This document shows, one piece after another, positions 31,108 through 38,448 of a stretch of 64,000 nt of DNA; position 1 is the stretch's first letter, and each line of letters starts with the position of its first letter. Made by a program: the position numbers and the translations under genes. The DNA is from an uncultured Phycisphaerales bacterium (GTDB taxonomy: Bacteria; Planctomycetota; Phycisphaerae; Sedimentisphaerales; Anaerobacaceae), in assembly GCA_963718665.1 (NCBI GenBank), contig OY970359.1, forward strand, positions 416,001-480,000. Direction: 5' to 3'. The notes beneath the pieces were generated by a model, which saw only the letters and a list, made by a program, of their open reading frames with translations, searched no databases and was not told where the DNA came from.

Positions 31108-32208
31108 AAATTTTAGACACGAATACGAAGAAGCATTCTCCCGGTTTGCGGACGCCCCGGCTGCGAGGGCCTTCGGGCTTGGCAGGCATGCGTTGTTCAT
31201 ATTGCTCAAAGCCCTCGATGTAAACCCCGGTGACAAAGTAGGCGTCTGTGCTTTTACGTGCCTGGCTGTTGTAGAAGCTATTAAAGTTTGCGAAGCAATC
31301 CCCGTATATCTCGACATTGATGAATACCTCTGTATTGACCCGCATGAAATTCTTATACAGGATACCGGTTCTCTCAAAGTTGTGATTTTACAGCACACCT
31401 TCGGCAACCCGGGGCGATTCGAGCAGCTTCTGGCGGCCTGCAACAAAATCGGCGCAAAAGTTATCGAAGATTGTGCCCACTCGCTTGCGTGCACGTGGAA
31501 CAATCAAAAATTAGGCAAATGGGGCGAAGGAGCCGTAGGCCAGGGAGGGATGTTGACCGTCAATTCAAGCGGCTTACTCGAAAAGGTTGACCGTCAAATC
31601 AAGCGGTTCGCTGCGCCCGCATCCAAAAAATCAGAATTTATTATTGTCTCCCTTCGGCGAGCATATCACCCGTTCAGTCAGTCGCGTCTCGATTGTTACC
31701 TCGGATATAACTACTCCCGGCTGCGTAGTATGTTACATTTCAGGGGGAAATCTTTTCTGAAAAACAGCTTTCCTGAATGCGCGGATACCCCCGATTGGCC
31801 GGAGAAATAAAGGCAAAGGCGGGATTGAAACAAATCGAAAGCTGGCCTAAATTGCGGCAGATACGACTTCAAAATACCGCGATGATAGAGGAATCCTTCA
31901 GCAACGCTGGCCTGTCCCTTTGGCCCGTAGAACCTCAGGCAAACATCACAATGATGAGATACCCATTACGGGTATATAAGAAGTGGGAAATAGTCCATCG
32001 CGCAGGCATTCGAGGCCTCGACATCGCGGGCTGGTATTCCAGCCCCGTCCATCCGCTCAGTGATGCCGACCTCGCCAAAGTTGATTATCGCCGTGGCTGC
32101 TGCCCGAGAGCCGAAGGCACAATTGAACGATTAGTCCACCTGCCGACCGGCCCATCGCTCAATAAACACAAATTAGAAGCGATGATGAGAATATTAAACG
32201 GGGTTTAA
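31100..32208 (+). pseudogene. DegT/DnrJ/EryC1 aminotransferase, frameshifted near 31775 and apparently lacking the PLP-lysine segment
   Basis: GRHAL, AFTC, QHTFG, IEDCAH, VHLPT; WGEGAVGQGG lacks the usual SF...K stretch. Confidence 0.7.
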
Positions 32209-32588
32209 GATTGACTATGGGCGAGGGCTAAGAGGACGAGGAAATAAGCCGTGAAAGATACGAAGGCGAGCAGAAAGCCGGCGAGGGCAGGGATTGCGGC
32301 TGCGAAACTGGTTTTGTTGCGCCGGCAGCGTATTAACGACAATATGGCAAAGGTTACAGATGCAGCAGGCAGAATGGCGCAGAGAGTGTGAACGGTGTTA
32401 TAAAAAGGAGTTTCCCTCACAAGGCAAATATCGGTAGAGCTGTTGTGCAGGGCTATAATCCTGTGGATTGAGGCATAGAAAAGTGGTATCGCGGCGACGG
32501 CAAAAACGAGCGAAACGAGGCCCAGTCGGCTCGTCTTTGCACCGGGGCATACGGCTTCGATATTGTTTGTGTCCGGTTTTTCTGCCAT
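32205..32588 (-). CDS. Small membrane protein
   Basis: Three hydrophobic segments, KTSRLGLVSLV start. Confidence 0.65.
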   Translation of the reverse strand: MAEKPDTNNIEAVCPGAKTSRLGLVSLVFAVAAIPLFYASIHRIIALHNSSTDICLVRETPFYNTVHTLCAILPAASVTFAILSLIRCRRNKTSFAAAIPALAGFLLAFVSFTAYFLVLLALAHSQS

Positions 32589-32703
32589 TTTGGTTTCTCG
32601 TAGTTTATACGATTGCCGGCGGCTATCGGCCCGGAAAATTATTCGCCACGGCAACGACCCCATAACCGCTACCCGCTGTTCACTAAATACAAGCGACTAA
32701 CGA

Positions 32704-33297
32704 CTATCGACTGTCCGCTGTTTCTGGAAAATTTAACCTCGCAAATTCCCCGTGATATTTCTTCGCTGCTTTGTCGCGTGCTTTTGCCGCTTCTATCTCG
32801 TTTTTGAATCCGCCTATCCAGTAACTTTTCCCCTTATGCTTGATTTTAACAGCCCAGCGATTTTGTGCTTTCTCGTAAGATACCCCGATAAACCGCGATG
32901 TTGTCTTCGATTTGGTCTTTCGTTTGTTGCTCGAATTTTGTGCATGCGTCGCAAGACGCAGATTGTCCCTTCGATTATCTAACGACTCTCCGTTTTTGTG
33001 GTCAACAATTCGCCCCTTGGGTGCCCTCATAATCTCTCTGTGCAAATATACTGTTTTGGCTCCTCCCTTTTTGCTCCTGATGCCCCCTATGGCGTATGCT
33101 CTCCTTTCGTGACCGCCTAAGCACCACTTGATATGTCCAAAGCGGTAATAATCCGCCGGCTCAACTGTCGTCCATTCCCCCTCGCCTAAATATATCCTGC
33201 GAAACTCATACCCATATTTGTGCCTTCGATACAACATTACCGGCCAGGTGCAGATACGGTCTAACCAATTAGGTATCGTTACGTTAATCATTGTCAT
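32704..33297 (-). CDS. HNH endonuclease fused to an AP2 DNA-binding domain
   Basis: LHREIM...VDHKNGESLDNRRDNLR (HNH); SRFIGVS...W...IG.F..EIEAAKARDKAA...HGEFARLNF (AP2). Confidence 0.92.
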   Translation of the reverse strand: MTMINVTIPNWLDRICTWPVMLYRRHKYGYEFRRIYLGEGEWTTVEPADYYRFGHIKWCLGGHERRAYAIGGIRSKKGGAKTVYLHREIMRAPKGRIVDHKNGESLDNRRDNLRLATHAQNSSNKRKTKSKTTSRFIGVSYEKAQNRWAVKIKHKGKSYWIGGFKNEIEAAKARDKAAKKYHGEFARLNFPETADSR

Positions 33298-33599
33298 AAT
33301 GTCCTCTCCCTTGCCCTCGACTCAAGCTCCATAGGAACCGCAATCGGGGGTCCATTTTTTCGGAGCGCAGCGCAGATCCTCGGGGTTAGCTCCTTTGGTC
33401 TTCTGCCGGGAACCCATTTATTGTTCGTTGTTTATTGTTAGTTGTTCCTACAAACTATGAACCAACGACTAACGACTACAGATGATTTGCCTATCTTGGC
33501 GTGAAACTTGCCCTCCCGGGGCGAAATGTTTGCGCTTCTGCGCTACTACTGCCCTATCTTGGGCTTGCTACCTTGCGGCTCTCCGCTGCCTCTTTTTTT

Positions 33600-33682
33600 C
33601 GCCTGTTCTACTGCTCAACTTACTACTTTCCCGCGAAGCGCCGCCTGTTCTACTGCTCAACTTTCTACTCTCTCGCGAAGCG
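33600..33682. repeat. Two-copy tandem repeat, 42-bp period
   Basis: cgcctgttctactgctcaacttactactttcccgcgaagcg / cgcctgttctactgctcaactttctactctctcgcgaagcg. Confidence 0.85.
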
Positions 33683-34107
33683 TCCCGCTTCGCGCGTCCC
33701 TCTATATATAGAGTGATTTTGGGGGTGTTTTAAGGAGTTACGAAATATTTTTTTCCTGCCCAAAATCGGTAAGTTCTTGTAGGAAAAGGAATAAAAAAAA
33801 TTTCAAAAATTCCCGGATTTTTTTGGGTATATAGGTAATCTCTAAAAAACAGGTTTAGCCGCCGCCGGCATGGCGGCTTCCTTATAATGTTTAGCCCGGC
33901 AACTTTATTGCCGGGTCATAAAAATTGTAAAACCAATTTTATCGCGACCTATCCGGCGTAGCGCAAGCGAAGTCGGAAACGCGGGGCGGGAAAAAACGGT
34001 TGCTGTCACCATTATTCCCAACGGGGTTGGGTAAGTTGAAAACCCCCGGCAGAGAAATGTTTTTTTGTGAAAATAGGCGGTAGTTCTTAGTCTTCCTCTT
34101 TCGCATC

Positions 34108-35391
34108 TTACTGAGAGCGATCTTGGCTATCTTTAATTTTTGGCCAATGGCAATCTTTAAACTTTTTGCCACTGCCACAAGGACAAGGTTCATAAATTGA
34201 GACTTCTCTTTTTCTTACGACAAAATCCGCTTCTGAATCATCTAATGGAACTTGAGATGTATCTTTGGATATTTGAGAATTAACAAGATTCTTCATTCTT
34301 TCTACAAGTTTGGCTTCATCATCGCTTGATTTAGGTTCTATCCGCTTCCCACCAGGCTCCCAATGAGGAAAAAAACGTTTCCATAACTGGAAAGTAATAG
34401 ATTTTCCATTCGCAGGAGGTCCAAAGCCATATTGTGCTCCCCATACATCTTTTCTATGCTCTCCTAGTTTGCCCCACTCATACGACAGATTCTTCAAGTC
34501 TGCCTTTAAATCCTCCCCGGCGACAAATGTTTGGTCGGAATTTAGGAATGTTCCAGCAATAGACTTATGAAAATTGTCGTTAGAAACAAAAACCATGCAA
34601 AATGGCAAATAATAAATGTACTCTAAATCAATTTTATTAGTCGGCCTCGTTCCAATAAAGTTGCAAATCAATCCAAAGTAGAATAATACGAGGGCGTTAA
34701 AGCAGTAATATGCATAGGGTGAGAAGTCTTTAATCAACTTATATTCGCCGCGTTCCCACCTAATAAAAACACGCTGAGCCATTGGAAAATCGATACCAAA
34801 TTCCTCTATTAACCAGACCAAAAGATTCGTTTGATTATTTTCCTGTGACAAGAATTTGTTTACATATTGGTGCAATTGTTCAACACTATCAAATTGTTTC
34901 AATACTTTAATTTTTTGTTTGGCCGTATTTTTAAAAAGTTCCAAGTCTAAAGACCTTGTCGATTCCCGCCATTGCTCAGAAAGAATGTTTTCCGCTTCTG
35001 TGAAATTGCCAGATTTCCATTCATTAAGTGTTTTTTCTTCTGGCGAAACGTCAAATATTATCCCCTTCTTGCCAGAATCACCTTCCACAGGGACACCACC
35101 ACCTATATAAGGACGTCTTCTCATTTCCACCGGATACCCTAAAAGCGAATTTATAATCAGATATCTGTAATGTACGCTAATCGCTGAATCGAATGGCAGT
35201 ATTTTGTTTACCATACGCATTATTTGATCTTTGGAGACGGCTCCTTGCCTTGTTGGTTTTTTTAGGTCTCCAAGTATTTCTATGAGAAGGATCGGCGTTA
35301 TATTTATAAAATATAGTTTATTCAGAATAAATACCTCATCAAAAGAAAGTGACTGTAGTGCCGATTTGTCTAATATGATTGTTGGCCCCAT
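34108..35391 (-). CDS. SEC-C motif protein with a PIN-like N-terminal region
   Basis: C-terminal PCPCGSGKKFKDCH; IILDKS, LIEIL, IDLEY, VSND acidic motifs; AT-rich. Confidence 0.7.
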   Translation of the reverse strand: MGPTIILDKSALQSLSFDEVFILNKLYFINITPILLIEILGDLKKPTRQGAVSKDQIMRMVNKILPFDSAISVHYRYLIINSLLGYPVEMRRRPYIGGGVPVEGDSGKKGIIFDVSPEEKTLNEWKSGNFTEAENILSEQWRESTRSLDLELFKNTAKQKIKVLKQFDSVEQLHQYVNKFLSQENNQTNLLVWLIEEFGIDFPMAQRVFIRWERGEYKLIKDFSPYAYYCFNALVLFYFGLICNFIGTRPTNKIDLEYIYYLPFCMVFVSNDNFHKSIAGTFLNSDQTFVAGEDLKADLKNLSYEWGKLGEHRKDVWGAQYGFGPPANGKSITFQLWKRFFPHWEPGGKRIEPKSSDDEAKLVERMKNLVNSQISKDTSQVPLDDSEADFVVRKREVSIYEPCPCGSGKKFKDCHWPKIKDSQDRSQ

Positions 35392-35498
35392 TATTACCCT
35401 ATTTATTACCAAATAATATGTGGCTGTTCCTATTTAATTAATCCGCAAAAATCCTATCGCGAGCTGTTCAATTAAAGAATCTTCAGAATATTCAGTAA

Positions 35499-36412
35499 TT
35501 ACTCGCCATCTAAACTATCTTGTGATAAGCATACAAAATTATCTAGTGACAATCTCATATGTTCTGAGATTATAATTTCGACGTGTCTTCTTTCAAAAAA
35601 GTCTTTGCCAAAACAACACTCTTTTAATTTTTTACCGCTTCCGCAGGGGCAATCTTCATCGGCACCAGTGTCCTCAGCTATCTTGATTCTACGGGTGCTT
35701 TCCTCAGTACGAGAAATTCGTAATGGATTACACTTTTTAACAAACACTAAATCTTTAAGATACTCAACACCAGTAAAAGGTATCGACTTATTATTAATGG
35801 CCATCATCTTGCATCTTTTGTCTGCTGGATTTTCTACCAAAGACACGCTGAGAAGATTCTTGATTTCCTTGACAATACCGTAGGCTAATTTCCCCCTATA
35901 AAGCTCCCCTGCTATATGCTCGCACTCTAAGCTTTCCATATTCCTACCACAGATGCTGCAATCTACTCTACTCACAACAGCTTCAATGCTGGAAAAAACC
36001 TTGTAAGGATAAAGTTTTTCTAATGCCTGTGCTTGCCTTTCCAAAAATTTGAATAAAGAAGTTCTATCAAAATGCGAAAATCTTTTGAGCAAGCGGAGAG
36101 AATCCAAAACATCTTGTAGCGTATCCCACGATCCAGGATAAGAGCCAGCACAGATTTGGGACCAGTATTGGGCGTAGCAATTTAACAGAGAAGCAAACCT
36201 GTCGAAGATAAAGCAATCATTATAAAATTCGTCCGGACGATTATTGGTTCCGGATTTCTCGTAATCATTTACTAGGGCACAAGTTTTTCTGCGACTTGTT
36301 TGGCGGATTCAAAATTTAAATTCGCCAACTCATTATAGTAGGACTCAAGGGTTCCTCGGCAATCAAGCCAATATTGTTGCAGACTCTCTGTTTTGAGCAA
36401 GATATTATCCAT
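35499..36412 (-). CDS. SEC-C motif protein, frameshifted in an A5 run near 36285
   Basis: ATG at 36412 overlaps the upstream stop; adding one A joins MDNILLK... to the 202-aa ORF; CSICG...CEH..G, VSLVENPAD, CPCGSGKKLKECC. Confidence 0.7.
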
Positions 36413-36878
36413 TTATGAAATCATTAATATCAAACTGTTTGATTTTTTTTAGCCCTTCGACAGGACCGTTATATTCGAATTTCTTAAACTTGCCTTTGTC
36501 TTTATAAATAACGTTTAGATGAGCCTTAGGGTCATCTTTTGAAAGGTCGCCTCGCACCATAGATTTAAGGTAGTCATAGACAAAGTTAAGAAAAAGCGGT
36601 AACGCAACGTTTGTCGCCAAGAAAACCATGGGAAGCCATATCTCGGACGATTTTAAATCGATTACGTTCTCACATGAACTGATTTTAACGCTTATTTCTG
36701 ACTTGTTCTGTCTGAGCCATTTAGCGAATCTATAAGTATCTGGCTTTAGGACTTCATGACCTTTTCTAAAATTATCTTCTGCAGAAAGAAAGATACCATT
36801 AGAATTTTCGATGAATTCTTTGCATTCTTTGGCAGGTTCAATTTCTGCTAAGGTAAAAAGCTTTTTTTCGTTTTCCAT
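36405..36878 (-). CDS. Hypothetical protein with one hydrophobic segment
   Basis: 157 aa, AAGGA RBS, first gene of the AT-rich island. Confidence 0.75.
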   Translation of the reverse strand: MENEKKLFTLAEIEPAKECKEFIENSNGIFLSAEDNFRKGHEVLKPDTYRFAKWLRQNKSEISVKISSCENVIDLKSSEIWLPMVFLATNVALPLFLNFVYDYLKSMVRGDLSKDDPKAHLNVIYKDKGKFKKFEYNGPVEGLKKIKQFDINDFING

Positions 36879-36982
36879 AGGTTCGTTCCTTATATTTCAA
36901 TTTCCCCGCTTATCAGTTTCGGCAAAAGCAAAATCATATTTCAGACGAACCTAACTATCTGTAAACAGCGTTTTCCAGAACA

Positions 36983-37020
36983 GCAAAGTTGACGGGCAAA
37001 GGTGCGAATCTCTTCCGGCC
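36983..37020 (-). promoter_or_regulatory. 38-bp conserved site, copy 2
   Basis: 34/38 identical to 27965..28002. Confidence 0.75.
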
Positions 37021-37045
37021 TTAAAAAAACGTTTTCACCAAACCC

Positions 37046-37074
37046 ACTATAGATTTTCATAAACGAGGTATCAA
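37046..37074 (-). promoter_or_regulatory. sigma70-like promoter
   Basis: TTGATA-17-TATAGT. Confidence 0.6.
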
Positions 37075-37155
37075 ATTAAAATCCATCCCTTTGGGATACC
37101 GCATTTTTACTTTTTACCTTTTACTTTTTGCCTTGAACAACCTACCCGCTACACG

Positions 37156-38283
37156 CTATCCGCTATTCTTAAGATGCTTTGCTATCCTGCTCGCGCTTGG
37201 CGCTTTTATCACTCCTCTTTCGGTGATAATCGCCGTGATGTTCTCCGCAGGCGTTACATCAAACGCAGGATTGTAAATATCAACGCCATCGGGCACTATC
37301 TTTTTAGTGCCCGTCTTGAGCGAAGTCGAAGGGCTGACTCCACCTATAAACCGAATCTCCTCCGATGGCCGCTGCTCGATAGGAATATCTTTACCTGTCT
37401 TTGTTTTCAAATCGAACGTGCTCGATGGCGCAGCGATATAAAACGGTATTTTGTGCGCTTTAGCAAGAACGCTCAGGGCATAAGTACCAGTTTTATTGGC
37501 TGCGTCGCCATTGGCGGCGATTCTGTCTGCCCCGGTGATGACCATATCTATTTTGCCATCCCTCATAAGCGCAGCAGCCATATTATCGCAGATGACCGTC
37601 GTATCGATTTTGGCCCGTTTCAATTCCCAGGCGGTCAATCGCGAACCCTGTAACAAAGGCCTTGTCTCATCGACAAAAACCGTGAATTTTTTGCCTCGTT
37701 TTTTCGCTTCATACAAAACCGATAAGGCCGTGCCCTGCCCTGCTGTCGCCAATGCCCCCGCGTTGCAATGCGTCAATATCCCTGCTCCACTTTTTATGAA
37801 TCTGGCGCCGTTAGCGCCGATTTTGCGGCACATCTCGATATCTTCCCGGCAAATATCATTGGCCTCTTTCAAAACCGCTTTGCAAAGCTCATCCAACGTC
37901 CCTGCCGAACTTTTTTCAGCGCATTTTACTATTCTTTCAAGTGCCCATCGCAGGTTGACAGCCGTGGGCCTGCTGCTCGCCAAGTATTCGCAATCCCGTT
38001 TCAATAACTTCACCGCCAAGTTCGCAGAGTTTATTTTATCTTTTTCTCTGCGGTCTTTGCGAGCTCGGCGGTAAATATTTTTCTGTAATGCCAAAACCGC
38101 CCCATATCCCCCTGCTACCCCGATTGCCGCGCATCCCCGAACCGCCAATGTCTTTATCGCGCCATATAACTGCTTAACGCCTACACAGCGAATTATTTTA
38201 TATTCCCCCGGCAGTTTCCTCTGGTTGATAATCTCCAGACAGCCATCGACCCCGCCAATCCATTTAAGCGTCTTTACCACCAT
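37156..38283 (-). CDS. mtnA: Methylthioribose-1-phosphate isomerase, with two in-frame repeat-derived insertions
   Basis: VRGCAAIG, SRPTAVNL, LTHCNAGALAT, ETRPLLQGSRLTAWEL, GADRIAANGD, NPAFDVTP. Confidence 0.96.
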   Translation of the reverse strand: MVVKTLKWIGGVDGCLEIINQRKLPGEYKIIRCVGVKQLYGAIKTLAVRGCAAIGVAGGYGAVLALQKNIYRRARKDRREKDKINSANLAVKLLKRDCEYLASSRPTAVNLRWALERIVKCAEKSSAGTLDELCKAVLKEANDICREDIEMCRKIGANGARFIKSGAGILTHCNAGALATAGQGTALSVLYEAKKRGKKFTVFVDETRPLLQGSRLTAWELKRAKIDTTVICDNMAAALMRDGKIDMVITGADRIAANGDAANKTGTYALSVLAKAHKIPFYIAAPSSTFDLKTKTGKDIPIEQRPSEEIRFIGGVSPSTSLKTGTKKIVPDGVDIYNPAFDVTPAENITAIITERGVIKAPSASRIAKHLKNSG

Positions 38284-38448
38284 TGCCCCATTCCTTATTA
38301 AAAATTGACGCCTTGCGTCATCCCCGAGAACCAGCTTCTTTGGTTTTGAAACAGGGGACCCATTTCAAAATCACCATCGCGCAGTTTACCCGCCGTGTAT
38401 TTTGGCGGGCGAATCCACAACTAAAGACTCAAAACTCAACACTAAACA

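Noticed and set aside
33482..33733. Three short + strand ORFs
   Set aside because: They arise from stop-poor repeats and hairpins, with no RBS or protein-like composition.
36930..36960. Integron attC site (GTTAGGT on the minus strand)
   Set aside because: No matching RYYYAAC inverse core with a palindromic body, and no integrase seen.
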